Part shown: positions 28,879-41,050 of the stretch, piece after piece
Numbering within the stretch: the stretch's first letter is position 1
Layout of the letters: every line of letters begins with the position of its first letter
Assembly: GCA_036752165.1 (NCBI GenBank)
Contig: DAIOTF010000001.1
Location: 4,485-68,484 of the forward strand
DNA: 64,000 bases
Direction of reading: 5' to 3'
Source of the DNA: Atopostipes sp.
Lineage (GTDB): Bacteria; Bacillota; Bacilli; Lactobacillales; Carnobacteriaceae_A
Program-made: the position numbers and the translations under genes
The notes under the pieces: generated by a model
Told to the model about the DNA's origin: nothing
The model's database searches: none
What the model saw: only the letters and a program-made list of their open reading frames with translations

Positions 28879-30960
28879 CTATAAGACTAACTGGCTAAAA
28901 TCTGCAAATTGCTGGGTAATTACTGCAATATTTTTTAGGATAGTTAAACGATTATTTTTAATCTTCTCATCTTCAACCATAATCATATTATGCTCAAAAA
29001 ACTCTGTGATATACGAGCTTATTTTTTGTAATGCATCATATCGTTCTTTTGCATCCGTCGTTGATTCATATTCTTTTTGAAGAGTGCTAATTGCAGAGAC
29101 TAAAGATTTTTCTGAATCAGTTTCAAGTAAGTCTTCATCGATTTTCTCAACTTCTTTGATATTTTTCGTCATATTTGTTACACGAGTAATGGACTCAACT
29201 ACTGATTTAAATCCTTCACTTTCTTTTTCTTTTTCAAGAACAAGAGCAACTTCCAACATCCATGATAAATTTTGATGAGTAGATTCGATGGCAGCTTGTC
29301 GAATGTCATGTGCAATGTCATATTCCGTTTGCATCATTTGTTCTAAACGGTTAATGATAAAGTCTACTAAAGCTACCTGATTTTCAGCCAAATCAAGCTG
29401 ACGATTCTCAGGTAATTTACTTGCTTGAATTAAGTCACTGATAAAATCATTTAATTCAATTTCATCCACTTGTAAATCATTCATTATACGGACAGCCCCA
29501 ATTGCTTGTCTTCTTAAAGCGTAAGGGTCATTTGATCCGGTTGGAATCAGACCAATCGTAAAGAACTGAATTAAAGTGTCTAATTTATCGATTAAGGCTA
29601 GATATTTTCCAAGGGTTGTTTCAGGTAGTGGACCAGTTACAGATTTTGGTAGGTATTGGTCACGAATAGCTAAAGCAACCTCTTCATGTTCGTCACGCTC
29701 TCTCGCATAAATTGCACCTATCTCCCCTTGTAAAGTTGGGAATTCGTCAACAATTTGAGTGACTAAATCAAATTTATAAATGTCTGTCATTCGCTCCAGT
29801 TGAGTTTTTTCTTCATCTGATAAAGGATAATATTTTGCAAAAACTTCAACCATTTGTTTTGCCCGAGTTTGTTTCTCATATATCGTACCTAACTTCTCAT
29901 GATAATCGACTCGTTTTAATTTATCGACGAAGTCTGCAATTTCTAGCTTCTGATCTTCAATATAGAAGAACTTAGAGTCGGCTAGACGAGCTGAAAGAAC
30001 TTTTTCATTTCCTCGAGCTACATTATCTAAATGTTTTGCATCCCCATTTCGAACCGCAATAAAGAAAGGTAATAATGGCTTGTCTTCTGAGTTTTCTCGA
30101 ACAGGGAAATAACGTTGATGATCAATCATCGATGTTTCTAAAACTACTTCTGGGACTTCAAGGTAATCTTTATTGAATTCTCCATAAAATACGGTCGGAT
30201 ACTCTACTAAATCCGTTACTTCTTCTAGTAAATCAGAATAAGAAGTTGGGACAACCCAATTTTTTTCCTCGCATAATTTTTCTAATTGCTCGATGATAAG
30301 CGCTTTACGCTTTGAACGATTTACAATCACATGTTGTGCATTTAATTTTTCTTCATATTCACTTGGATGTTGAAGGGTTATCGACTCCCCGATAAAGCGA
30401 TGCCCTTTTGTATGATTACTTGTTTGAACATCAAATACTTCAAATGGAATCACTTCTTCATCTAATAGAGCGACTAACCAATGAATTGGACGTATATAAT
30501 GATAGTTAGTTGTTCCCCATTTCATGTTTTTAGGAAATTCAATTTTTTTAACAACTTCATTTAATCCCTTTAAAAGTTCTTTTGTGTCTAGACCGGGAAT
30601 ATGTTTTTCAATATACACATACGGTTCGCCTTTATCTTCTTTTATAACAAGATCTTCTACAGATCCACCTTGTCCTTTAGAAAATCCAATCGCGGCCTTG
30701 GTCCAATTCCCTTCCTCGTCTTGAGCGATTCTCTGAGCAGGCCCTCGCACAGTTAAGTTTTCATCCGGTTGTCTTTCAGCTAAATCTTCAACTAAAACTG
30801 CAAATCGACGGGGCGTTGAAAAACCCTGAACGTTTCCAAAAGTTAATTTGGCTTCTTGTAAAAATGCTTTTGTTTTTTCAACTAATTGATTTTCCGCTTG
30901 GACAATAACATTTGCTGGCATATCTTCTAAGCCAACTTCTAATAAAAATGTATGTTTCAA
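28879..30960 (-). CDS. glyS: Glycine--tRNA ligase beta subunit
   Basis: LLEVGLEDMP, TPRR, MKWG...RPIHW, HQRYF, GNEKVLSARL and GSNDPYALRR. TTG start. Confidence 0.96.
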   Translation of the reverse strand: MKHTFLLEVGLEDMPANVIVQAENQLVEKTKAFLQEAKLTFGNVQGFSTPRRFAVLVEDLAERQPDENLTVRGPAQRIAQDEEGNWTKAAIGFSKGQGGSVEDLVIKEDKGEPYVYIEKHIPGLDTKELLKGLNEVVKKIEFPKNMKWGTTNYHYIRPIHWLVALLDEEVIPFEVFDVQTSNHTKGHRFIGESITLQHPSEYEEKLNAQHVIVNRSKRKALIIEQLEKLCEEKNWVVPTSYSDLLEEVTDLVEYPTVFYGEFNKDYLEVPEVVLETSMIDHQRYFPVRENSEDKPLLPFFIAVRNGDAKHLDNVARGNEKVLSARLADSKFFYIEDQKLEIADFVDKLKRVDYHEKLGTIYEKQTRAKQMVEVFAKYYPLSDEEKTQLERMTDIYKFDLVTQIVDEFPTLQGEIGAIYARERDEHEEVALAIRDQYLPKSVTGPLPETTLGKYLALIDKLDTLIQFFTIGLIPTGSNDPYALRRQAIGAVRIMNDLQVDEIELNDFISDLIQASKLPENRQLDLAENQVALVDFIINRLEQMMQTEYDIAHDIRQAAIESTHQNLSWMLEVALVLEKEKESEGFKSVVESITRVTNMTKNIKEVEKIDEDLLETDSEKSLVSAISTLQKEYESTTDAKERYDALQKISSYITEFFEHNMIMVEDEKIKNNRLTILKNIAVITQQFADFSQLVL

Positions 30961-30961
30961 T

Positions 30962-31894
30962 TTACTTCGCCTCCGTTTCTAAACGATACTTTTCAATCCA
31001 CGGTTCGGTATTTTCTTTCAGTAAGGGGAAATCTATCTTTGCTCGTTCATTCAAGAATGCCTTGGCAATTGTACGAGCCATCGCACGAATTCTACCTAGA
31101 TAAGCTGGACGATCTGTTGCAGAGACTGCTCCACGAGCATCAATTAAATTAAATACGTGACTACATTTCAACACATAGTCATACGCTGGATGGACTAAAC
31201 CTTTTTCGATTAAAAGTTTAGCTTCTTTTTCATAGGCATCAAGCAATTCAAAAAGCAACTCTAAATCACTTTCTTCAAAGGTATAAACGGAATGCTCATA
31301 CTCAGGTTCTTTAAAGATTTCTCCATACTTAACCCCATCCGCCCATTCAATATCATAGACACTTTCAACGTCTTGAATATATGAAGCTAATCGTTCTAAA
31401 CCGTACGTTAACTCGGCCGTAACTGAATCAACTTCTAAGCCTCCAACCACTTGAAAGTAAGTAAATTGTGTAACTTCCATACCATCTAACCAAACTTCCC
31501 AACCTAAACCCGCACAACCTAATGATGGATTCTCCCAGTTGTCTTCAACAAAACGAATATCATGTTCAGTTGGATCAATTCCTAATGCAATTAAGCTACC
31601 TAAATACAAATCTTGAATGTCTTTAGGCGATGGTTTCATAACCACTTGAAACTGATGATGTTGGTATAAGCGGTTAGGATTTTCCCCGTATCTTCCATCC
31701 GCTGGTCTTCTAGATGGTTCAACATATGCTGCATTCCATGGTTCAGGACCTAAAGAACGTAAAAAAGTATAAGGACTCATAGTCCCTGCTCCTTTTTCCG
31801 AATCATATGCTTGCATTAGCAAACAGTCTTGGTCTGACCAATACCTCTGTAATGTTAGGATAATTTCTTGAAATGTTAACTTCTTATCAGCCAT
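30962..31894 (-). CDS. glyQ: Glycine--tRNA ligase alpha subunit
   Basis: [34 protein letters not shown] and ELTYGLERL. Start at ATG 31894 after AGGAG. Confidence 0.97.
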   Translation of the reverse strand: MADKKLTFQEIILTLQRYWSDQDCLLMQAYDSEKGAGTMSPYTFLRSLGPEPWNAAYVEPSRRPADGRYGENPNRLYQHHQFQVVMKPSPKDIQDLYLGSLIALGIDPTEHDIRFVEDNWENPSLGCAGLGWEVWLDGMEVTQFTYFQVVGGLEVDSVTAELTYGLERLASYIQDVESVYDIEWADGVKYGEIFKEPEYEHSVYTFEESDLELLFELLDAYEKEAKLLIEKGLVHPAYDYVLKCSHVFNLIDARGAVSATDRPAYLGRIRAMARTIAKAFLNERAKIDFPLLKENTEPWIEKYRLETEAK

Positions 31895-31915
31895 TATTTT
31901 CACTCCTTGATAATA

Positions 31916-32115
31916 TAAAAACTCGTCCCTATACTGACAGTTTACCAATCAGTATAGGGACGAGTTCTTCGCGGTTCCACCCTACTTCTAGCCCTCAGGA
32001 CTAGCACTTAAATTCATTTATTTACCGAAATGGCGCCTTTCAATAAGATACTTGACTTGGCTCTCACGCTTCCAAGCTCGCTGGACAAGATTTCCTACTT
32101 ACTCTTCCATTTGTT
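31916..32115 (-). ncRNA. Glycine T-box riboswitch (glyQS leader)
   Basis: Minus strand: specifier GAAAGGC (GGC = Gly, 32035-32037), T-box AGGGUGGAACCGCG (31970-31983), then terminator ACUCGUCCCUAUACUGA...UCAGUAUAGGGACGAGUUUUU. Confidence 0.95.
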
Positions 32116-32142
32116 GTATCTATCATACACGTTTCAAAAGAT

Positions 32143-32919
32143 TTAATCAATTTCTTTTTTTAATGTATCTTCCCATTTATATAAATTATCAATAAATTTT
32201 TTACTTTTCAAACTTAAACCGACTGATTGCTCATAAATATGATCTAGTAATCGTTTGATTTCATGTTGCGTGTTCATTTTTAAAGAGATATCTCCAACTT
32301 TTTCAAGTTGAATAACGGAATATAGTCGAACCAAATGAACAGCTTTTGGATCGATGTGTAGCCTTCTTGCATCTTCAAAAAAATGATCCGAACAAAGAAT
32401 ACCATGAAACTTATCCGAGTAATCAAAGGCCCCTTGAGTCTTTTGACAAATTGCGCAACTTTGGAAATTAGGAGCCACTCCAAATACTACCAATAATTTT
32501 GTTTCCATAATATTTGAGATAACTTCTGGTGCGTATCCTTCATTTAACAGATGTAAACTTTGTTCTAATAAATTATATAAAGGAATATTGGGTAAATGGT
32601 CTTCTATCGCTGCGTCTATTAATCCACATATATAAGTCGCATAAGCATTTCTAAAGATATCCGTTTGTAAATCTCTCGAGGTCTCAATTTCTTTAGCCCC
32701 TCTTAAAAAACTTAACCCCTCTTCACGAATATCTGCAATATAAAGTGCTCTAGAAAAGGGTTGAATTTCTGGAGAAGGCCGTCCGCCTTGTTTTTTTGTA
32801 CCACGAACAAAAAACATTATTTTACCATATTTTTTCGTCATCATTTTAACTAAGAAGTCTCTTTCACGATGTTTGCGGTAATATAATATAATACCTTCTA
32901 CTTCTTCAATTTGAGCCAT
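32143..32919 (-). CDS. recO: DNA repair protein RecO
   Basis: N-terminal OB fold, CAIC...LCSDH zinc site. Lies between era and glyQ. Confidence 0.92.
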   Translation of the reverse strand: MAQIEEVEGIILYYRKHRERDFLVKMMTKKYGKIMFFVRGTKKQGGRPSPEIQPFSRALYIADIREEGLSFLRGAKEIETSRDLQTDIFRNAYATYICGLIDAAIEDHLPNIPLYNLLEQSLHLLNEGYAPEVISNIMETKLLVVFGVAPNFQSCAICQKTQGAFDYSDKFHGILCSDHFFEDARRLHIDPKAVHLVRLYSVIQLEKVGDISLKMNTQHEIKRLLDHIYEQSVGLSLKSKKFIDNLYKWEDTLKKEID

Positions 32920-32993
32920 TCTAACAAATCCTTTACCTTATTAGAGAAAATAAGCAGACAAGAGTATACACTCATACCTACTTATCTACTCCA

Positions 32994-34732
<1,739 letters not shown>

Positions 34733-34752
<20 letters not shown>

Positions 34753-35224
34753 TCTCCTTTAAAATTTCATCTTGCAAAGAAAACATTTCATATTCTTCTT
34801 CTTCGGTTTGATGATCATACCCATTTAAATGTAGAAAGCCATGAACAGCTAAAAATCCTATTTCACGGTCTAAACTATGTCCAAATTCCTTTGCTTGCTC
34901 TTCAGCTTTATCTATAGAGATAAAAATATCGCCAAGTAGTCTTGGAATCTCGATTTCCTCTTCGTTATCCAGTGTTTCAAAAAATATTTCAAAATCTTCT
35001 TCATCATTATCTTCAATAGCGAAACTAATAACATCGGTCGGTCTATCTATCTTTCGGTACTCACGATTAATTTCATGTATTCGATTATTATCTACAATCG
35101 TTACAGACATTTCAAAATTACTACCTAGTTCTAGTTTTTTTGATGCACTTACAATTAATTGTTCGATTAAATTTAAATGTTTCCGCTCTGCGCGATTTGT
35201 TTCATCAAATATAGCTATGTCCAT
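34733..35224 (-). CDS. ybeY: rRNA maturation RNase YbeY
   Basis: NREYR..DRPTDVISF, LGDIFIS and HGFLHLNGYDH. Confidence 0.96.
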
Positions 35225-35253
35225 TATAATCACTTCCAGTTCATTGACAGTTT

Positions 35254-36234
35254 CTATTCATTTAGAGTTTCTTTTTTTGAATCTTTTTCGTAAGCGTTAA
35301 TCACTTCTGAAACGAGTGGATGACGGATTACATCGTCCGCTCCAAATTGAATTTGACCTATGGCGTCAACATTTCTCAAAACATTCGTCCCATGGATTAA
35401 GCCGCTTTTAGTTCCTCTAGGTAAATCAATCTGAGTAATATCTCCATTGATAATCATTTTCGAGCCAAATCCTAATCGAGTAAGGAACATCTTCATTTGC
35501 TGAATAGTTGTATTTTGAGCTTCGTCCAAAATAACAAAAGCATCATCAAGTGTTCTACCTCGCATGTAAGCAAGTGGCGCAATTTCAATGGTTTCTCTTT
35601 CCATTAATCGCCCCGTATGCTCAACACCTAAAATGGTATATAACGAATCATAAAGAGGTCTTAGGTAAGGATCCACCTTCTCTTTTAAATCGCCTGGTAA
35701 GAATCCTAAGTTTTCACCAGCTTCTACAGCTGGACGTGTGAGTACAATTCGCTTAACCTCACCTTTTCTTAATGCTGATACAGCCATCGCTACAGCTAAA
35801 AAAGTTTTACCTGTTCCAGCCGGGCCTACTCCAAAGACAATATCATTCTTTTTAACTGAATTTAAATAATTACTTTGACCCAAATTTTTCACACGTATTG
35901 GTCGGCCATTATAATCCCGTGTAATTTCTTTTTCATACATGCGAATAAACTGATCCAACTGCCCCGTCTTGGCAAGACGTACTGCATTTAGAATATCCAT
36001 TGGTTTAATCGAAAGATTCTTTTCACTTAGAACTTCCAGTTCTGAGATGATTTCTCCTACCAGTAAGACATTCTTCTCTTCCCCATTGATGATAAGCTGT
36101 CTCCCACGAGTACTTAAAGCCACTCCTAATTCCTTCTCAAAAATTGGTAAGTAACTATTCTGTGGTCCAAATACAGCCATCGCATGTTCATCACTTTGCA
36201 TGGTACGGATAGATTGTGTTTGTTCGTTGGTCAA
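35254..36234 (-). CDS. phoH: PhoH family ATPase
   Basis: GPAGTGKT, TRPAVEAGE, APLAYMRGRTL, DEAQN and GDITQIDLP. TTG start. Confidence 0.95.
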   Translation of the reverse strand: MTNEQTQSIRTMQSDEHAMAVFGPQNSYLPIFEKELGVALSTRGRQLIINGEEKNVLLVGEIISELEVLSEKNLSIKPMDILNAVRLAKTGQLDQFIRMYEKEITRDYNGRPIRVKNLGQSNYLNSVKKNDIVFGVGPAGTGKTFLAVAMAVSALRKGEVKRIVLTRPAVEAGENLGFLPGDLKEKVDPYLRPLYDSLYTILGVEHTGRLMERETIEIAPLAYMRGRTLDDAFVILDEAQNTTIQQMKMFLTRLGFGSKMIINGDITQIDLPRGTKSGLIHGTNVLRNVDAIGQIQFGADDVIRHPLVSEVINAYEKDSKKETLNE

Positions 36235-36367
36235 AAATTATTGCACTCCCTCAAAAGCATTTATAGTAATAAAATTTTATCATACATTTATCTTTTTCTC
36301 TACACAGATTACATGATGCATAGAGAAGAAAAAAAGAGCGAAACAATATGTTTCCCTCTTATTTTTA

Positions 36368-36817
36368 TTATTTAGATGTTAAAAGCTCACGAACCATAGC
36401 ATTTACTTGACCGCCATCCGCTCGTCCTTGTAATTTTGGCATGACATTACTCATAACTGTTCCCATATCTTGCATTGATTCCGCTCCAACCTCAGCAATT
36501 GTTTCTTTAACAAGAGTACGAACTTCTTCATCTGATAATTGTTCAGGTAAATATTTCTCAACAACTTCAAGTTCTGCGGTCAATTTTTCAGTCAGATCTT
36601 CTCGACCAGCTTTTTCAAACTCAGTAAATGATTCTAATCTTTGTTTCTTTTCACGAGACAAGATCGCAAGAATTTCTTCATCGTTTAACTCCGCGCCTTT
36701 TTTGATCTCTTCATTTTGAATAGAAGCTTTAATCATTCGAATAGTCGTCAATTTATCCCGTTCTTTAGCTCTCATTGCTGTTTTCATGTCTTCATTTAAT
36801 TGATTTAAAATACTCAT
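36368..36817 (-). CDS. yqeY: GatB/YqeY domain protein
   Basis: MKTAMRAK, YLPEQLS, DMG.VM and GRADG. Follows rpsU. Confidence 0.92.
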   Translation of the reverse strand: MSILNQLNEDMKTAMRAKERDKLTTIRMIKASIQNEEIKKGAELNDEEILAILSREKKQRLESFTEFEKAGREDLTEKLTAELEVVEKYLPEQLSDEEVRTLVKETIAEVGAESMQDMGTVMSNVMPKLQGRADGGQVNAMVRELLTSK

Positions 36818-36848
36818 ACAAAAACTCCTCCTCGTTCATCGATGATGT

Positions 36849-36888
36849 AAAGAAAGCCCAACAATCGAATTCGAATTGTCGGGCTACT
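36849..36888 (-). terminator. rpsU terminator
   Basis: Minus strand AGCCCGACAAUU...GAUUGUUGGGCUUUCUUU. Confidence 0.7.
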
Positions 36889-36895
36889 TTATAAA

Positions 36896-37090
36896 TTAAT
36901 ATCTGTTTCTGTTTTTCTTGCGATCTCTTTTACGCGCTTCCTCTGATTTCAACTTACGTTTAACACTTGGTTTTTCATAGTGCTCTCTTTTACGAGCTTC
37001 TCTAAGAGTACCCGATTTTGATACGGAACGTTTGAATCGACGAAGAGCGTCTTCAAGATTTTCACCTTCTCTGACATCCGTTTTAGTCAA
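36896..37090 (-). CDS. rpsU: 30S ribosomal protein S21
   Basis: [11 protein letters not shown]...[17 protein letters not shown] start after GGGGAGGG. Confidence 0.97.
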   Translation of the reverse strand: MTKTDVREGENLEDALRRFKRSVSKSGTLREARKREHYEKPSVKRKLKSEEARKRDRKKNRNRY

Positions 37091-37237
37091 CGTTCTTCCC
37101 TCCCCTCGTCATTTCAGGGCGTCCCAACATTTGAATTTTATTCACTATTAGTCTTCCCTTAATCCAGAAAGCAATATTTATCGCTCTGGCATTCTATGTT
37201 TTCTACTCATACAAAACAAATGAATAGTTCACAGCTT

Positions 37238-37266
37238 ATTATAGACAAAATTGAAAGCAAGGTCAA
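37238..37266 (-). promoter_or_regulatory. SigA promoter of rpsU
   Basis: TTGACC-17 nt-TATAAT. Confidence 0.75.
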
Positions 37267-37314
37267 TTTAAAAAAGGATTTTTTTATAATTTTTTTATAT
37301 TATTCAAGCATTTG

Positions 37315-37743
37315 TTAAATTGGCTCTTCTACTAAGCAATTTTCGCATAAACCAAACAACTCAAAACGATGTGAAGTTACTTTTGAATTCCCCAGTTGTT
37401 CTTTAAAAAAAGAAACCGGACACGCAGTCAATTCTTCTGAATACCCACATAGTGTACATATAAAATGGTGATGATGCTCTTCAACTCCACAATTGGAACG
37501 AAAATATTTATCACCAGATATTTCCGTTTCTTCTAGCAATTCTAACATTGAAAATGAATGCAAATTTCGATAAATAGTATCTGGGCTAATACCTGGATAG
37601 TCTTCTTCCAATATATTTTTAACTTCTCTTGCAGATAAATATCGATTTTCAGAATACATTATTTCTAACATTCGTACTCTTCTTTCAGTCATTTTTAGAT
37701 CACTTTTTTCTAAAACTTCAATTGCCTCTTTTAGTAATAGCAT
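37315..37743 (-). CDS. zur: Fur family regulator, probably Zur
   Basis: TIYRNL, HHHHFIC..C and C-terminal HRFE.FGLC..C. Sequence and position resemble Firmicute Zur. Confidence 0.8.
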   Translation of the reverse strand: MLLLKEAIEVLEKSDLKMTERRVRMLEIMYSENRYLSAREVKNILEEDYPGISPDTIYRNLHSFSMLELLEETEISGDKYFRSNCGVEEHHHHFICTLCGYSEELTACPVSFFKEQLGNSKVTSHRFELFGLCENCLVEEPI

Positions 37744-37913
37744 TCTTATCACCCTTAAATAAACACTATTTTATAATTATAGTTTGCTTTTAATGTCCAT
37801 ATTCTACAGATATTAAGAAAAAATAACAAGTGAAGTTTTTACTGTGTGTATTTTAGATTGTTTTTTCGATATAATAAATGGTATTACGGAAAGAGCTTTA
37901 GGAAGGACACAAT

Positions 37914-38753
37914 ATGATTGAAAAAAATTTAGTAGTTTATATCGTTTCAGATGCTATCGGGCAATCAGCAGTAAACATTGCACGTTCTGCACTGTCTCAA
38001 TTCCCAGAATTAGATTATGAAGTAAAAGATTATACTTTTATCTCAGACTTTGATGAAATCGATAAAATAGTACTTGAATTAAAAAACGAAGAAGAACAGA
38101 CCATTATTTTTCATACTTTTTCAGATCAAAACTTAGCTAAATATTTAGATAAAAAGGCTGAAGGTCATTGCAAAAAAAGTTATGACATATTAACTCCTAT
38201 TGTCCAATTGATTGGCAATATCACTGATACAGAACCAAATATGAAATCAGGTGTATTAAATCGTCGCTTAGATGCAAATTACTTTAACCGTATAGAAGCT
38301 TTGGAATTTGCAGTCAATCACGATGATGGAAAAGAACCCATAGGTTATTCAGAGGCGGATATTGTTATTTTAGGCATTTCAAGAACTTCTAAAACACCTT
38401 TGAGTATTTTTTTAGCGAATAATAATTTTAAAGTGGCCAATCTCCCTCTTCTACCAGAGTCGGAACTTCCAGAAGAGATTTGGGAAATTGATCCTAAACG
38501 AATCATTGGGCTAACAAACGACGTAACTGTCTTGAGTGACATCCGTAAGCAACGCATGATTTCTTATGGTCTAGACCCTGAATCTATCTATTCAAATACT
38601 GAACGGATACAAAATGAACTAGATTACGCAATTGAGCTTTACGATAAATTGAACTGTAAAGTAATTAATGTAGCAACTAAATCTATTGAAGAAACAGCTG
38701 GTATTATTATCAATCACTTGAGCGAAGAAGGTATTGTAAGACTTACAAATTAA
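37914..38753 (+). CDS. Pyruvate,phosphate/water dikinase regulatory protein (DUF299, YqfL-like)
   Basis: VSDAIG, YFNRIEALEFAV.HDDG, GISRTSKTPLS, KVANLP and SIEETA. Confidence 0.92.
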   Translation: MIEKNLVVYIVSDAIGQSAVNIARSALSQFPELDYEVKDYTFISDFDEIDKIVLELKNEEEQTIIFHTFSDQNLAKYLDKKAEGHCKKSYDILTPIVQLIGNITDTEPNMKSGVLNRRLDANYFNRIEALEFAVNHDDGKEPIGYSEADIVILGISRTSKTPLSIFLANNNFKVANLPLLPESELPEEIWEIDPKRIIGLTNDVTVLSDIRKQRMISYGLDPESIYSNTERIQNELDYAIELYDKLNCKVINVATKSIEETAGIIINHLSEEGIVRLTN

Positions 38754-38756
38754 TTA

Positions 38757-38800
38757 AAAAATACTGTCACCTCTGAAATGAGAGACGACAGTATTTTTTA
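38757..38800. terminator. Bidirectional intrinsic terminator
   Basis: AAAAATACTGTC...GACAGTATTTTT between convergent genes. Confidence 0.8.
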
Positions 38801-38802
38801 TT

Positions 38803-39234
38803 TTAATCTTCAATTATTTTATTTCTTTTGATTCGACCATCCCAATTTTTGTATCCATCTTTTAAAACATATAAATCATTAAATCCTTGTTTTTTTAATT
38901 GAATAGCCGCACGGTAAGCAGCATACTTACCATCCTCATATAAATATACAGGCTGATCTTTTCTAAGTTCAACGTAACGTTGCTTGAGTTCATAGGATGG
39001 AATATTACGTGCACCTAGAATGTGTCCAGCATTATATTCATCACGATCTCTCACATCAATTAATTGAACTCTTCGTAAATTTTGATTAAATTCCTCATTT
39101 TCCAAGGCAGTAGCTGCGTCACGTCTTCTAAAATACTGTATGATTTCCCATATACCCCAGATAATTAGAGCTAGCCATAATAATTGGGTAAATGTCCCCA
39201 TATTTCTAATAAAATTAGCTATACTTTCAAACAA
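38803..39234 (-). CDS. Membrane-anchored rhodanese-like protein (YqhL-like)
   Basis: N-terminal TM helix, QLIDVR...GHILGARNIP and LKDGY..W. Confidence 0.88.
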   Translation of the reverse strand: MFESIANFIRNMGTFTQLLWLALIIWGIWEIIQYFRRRDAATALENEEFNQNLRRVQLIDVRDRDEYNAGHILGARNIPSYELKQRYVELRKDQPVYLYEDGKYAAYRAAIQLKKQGFNDLYVLKDGYKNWDGRIKRNKIIED

Positions 39235-39263
39235 AATAACTATTCCTCTCTACATTAAATATT

Positions 39264-40238
39264 TTATTCTCTTTCAAGTTCATTTAAAACTAATGAAGCA
39301 GCCCCAATCATTCCTGCATCATTTCCTAATTCCGCAATTTTAATTTTTGTTGTTTCACGAATTGGTGGGAATGTAAATTCTAAAACGATTTTACTGACTT
39401 TTTCAACTAAATAATCCCCAGCTTTTGAAACGCCGCCGCCTAAAACAATAGTTGATGGGTTCAATAAATTGGATACATTTGACAAAGCAATACCTAAGTA
39501 ATAAGAAAATTGATCAACAACGCGTTCAGCGAACACATCGCCTTCTTTCGCGAAATCAAAAATCATCTTAGAATTAATTTTTTGACCCGTATGTATTGTA
39601 TTTACTAAGGGGGATTCATGATTGATATCTTTTGACATATCTTGAGCTAAGCGAACAATTCCTGTGGCGGAAGCATACTGTTCTAAGCACCCTTTTTTAC
39701 CACATGTACAATCATAGCCATTAGGTTCAACTGTTAAATGTCCTATTTCTCCCGCAGAGTCATTAGCGCCATGAACGAGTTGACCATCAACAACTAATCC
39801 GCTTCCTACGCCTGTTCCTAAAGTAATAAATGAGACATCTGGTTCACTATTCCCTGCTCCCACCCATTGCTCCCCAAGTGCCGCAACATTCGCATCGTTA
39901 TCGATAAAGAATGGAACACCAAAAGCTTCTTCTATTTGTTGGCGAACAGGCTGTAGTGTTTTCCAATTTAGGTTGTAGGCTCCTATTACTGTACCATTGC
40001 CACGATTTACGCTTCCTGGTGAACCCATTCCTATTCCTAAAATATCCGTAGAGTTTAATTCCTGTTCTTTCATTTTCTCTTTCAGTGATTTAATGATATT
40101 TGGCACAATTTTTGATCCTTCATCAGAAATATCCGTATCGATGCTCCATTTTAAATCAATTTCACCCGATGTATTTAAAATCCCTATTTTAGCACTCGTT
40201 CCACCTAAATCAATCCCTATGACTTTTTTATTCGACAT
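39264..40238 (-). CDS. glcK: ROK family glucokinase
   Basis: GIDLGGT, NDANVAALGE, TLGTGVG and GEIGH...CTCGKKGCLE. Confidence 0.93.
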   Translation of the reverse strand: MSNKKVIGIDLGGTSAKIGILNTSGEIDLKWSIDTDISDEGSKIVPNIIKSLKEKMKEQELNSTDILGIGMGSPGSVNRGNGTVIGAYNLNWKTLQPVRQQIEEAFGVPFFIDNDANVAALGEQWVGAGNSEPDVSFITLGTGVGSGLVVDGQLVHGANDSAGEIGHLTVEPNGYDCTCGKKGCLEQYASATGIVRLAQDMSKDINHESPLVNTIHTGQKINSKMIFDFAKEGDVFAERVVDQFSYYLGIALSNVSNLLNPSTIVLGGGVSKAGDYLVEKVSKIVLEFTFPPIRETTKIKIAELGNDAGMIGAASLVLNELERE

Positions 40239-40284
40239 AATTTTTCAACCTTTCAATCATTTACTTAAATTTTTAATTATTTAA

Positions 40285-40986
40285 TTAATAAAACATTTTT
40301 ATTGTCCGGAAGTATCCGACAGCTATTAAAAGTAACAAAATGATGATAAAAAGAATCATATATTTCAATCGTTGTTTCTTTGGATGATTCCTTACATTAG
40401 GAGCTGATAAGGCATACATAATTAGATAACCACCAATTAAACCGCCAATATGGCCTGCATTATCTATTGTGGGATTAAATAAACCGAACAGAATATTTAT
40501 AACGATTAAAGCGATATAATTTCTTGAAAGCTGTTGAATACCCCTTTGATTTGGGTATAATTTCCCTAAAACTATTGTTGAAGCAAATAAACCAAATACT
40601 GCAGTACTTGCTCCAGCTGAAATAGAAAAATTAAATGCAAAACTTGCAGCATTTCCTAAGATTCCACTAAGTAAATAAAGTAAAAAATACCTAAAATGAC
40701 CGATAATCATTTCAAGTTGGGAGCCCAGAAAATAGACAATTAATCCATTAAATAAGATGTGTGTAAACCCAATATGTAAAAACATGGGTGTAATTAAGCG
40801 CCACCATTCACCTGCGACAATTGCTGGATTACTCTTAGCTCCAAAATAGATTAAAGTAAGTATATTCTGGCTTCCACCATTTACAGTCATCAGTAAAAAC
40901 ATAATAATCGTTAGAGCTAACAACCCATAGGTAACAAAGGGAGTTCTTTGAAGCTTCTGAATATTCCGTCTCGACTTTTGATTCAT
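40285..40986 (-). CDS. Rhomboid intramembrane serine protease (GluP-like)
   Basis: WWRLITPMFLH, H...N, GAST catalytic Ser and GHIGG catalytic His. Confidence 0.92.
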   Translation of the reverse strand: MNQKSRRNIQKLQRTPFVTYGLLALTIIMFLLMTVNGGSQNILTLIYFGAKSNPAIVAGEWWRLITPMFLHIGFTHILFNGLIVYFLGSQLEMIIGHFRYFLLYLLSGILGNAASFAFNFSISAGASTAVFGLFASTIVLGKLYPNQRGIQQLSRNYIALIVINILFGLFNPTIDNAGHIGGLIGGYLIMYALSAPNVRNHPKKQRLKYMILFIIILLLLIAVGYFRTIKMFY

Positions 40987-41050
40987 ATGTCAATCCTTTC
41001 ATTAAGTATATCATCAAATACAATTAAAGTTTTATTACTACAGGACTTTA

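Noticed and set aside
31916..32115. T-box appears to lack stem II
   Set aside because: This is normal for glyQS T-boxes, so not novel.
37761..37790. Possible Zur/PerR autoregulatory box upstream of zur
   Set aside because: Only a partial match (TTATAATTATAG) in very AT-rich sequence, indistinguishable from chance.
37914..38753. DUF299 regulator without an adjacent ccpN or ppdK
   Set aside because: As I recall, a stand-alone copy near zur/rpsU also occurs in enterococci, so this is likely ordinary synteny.
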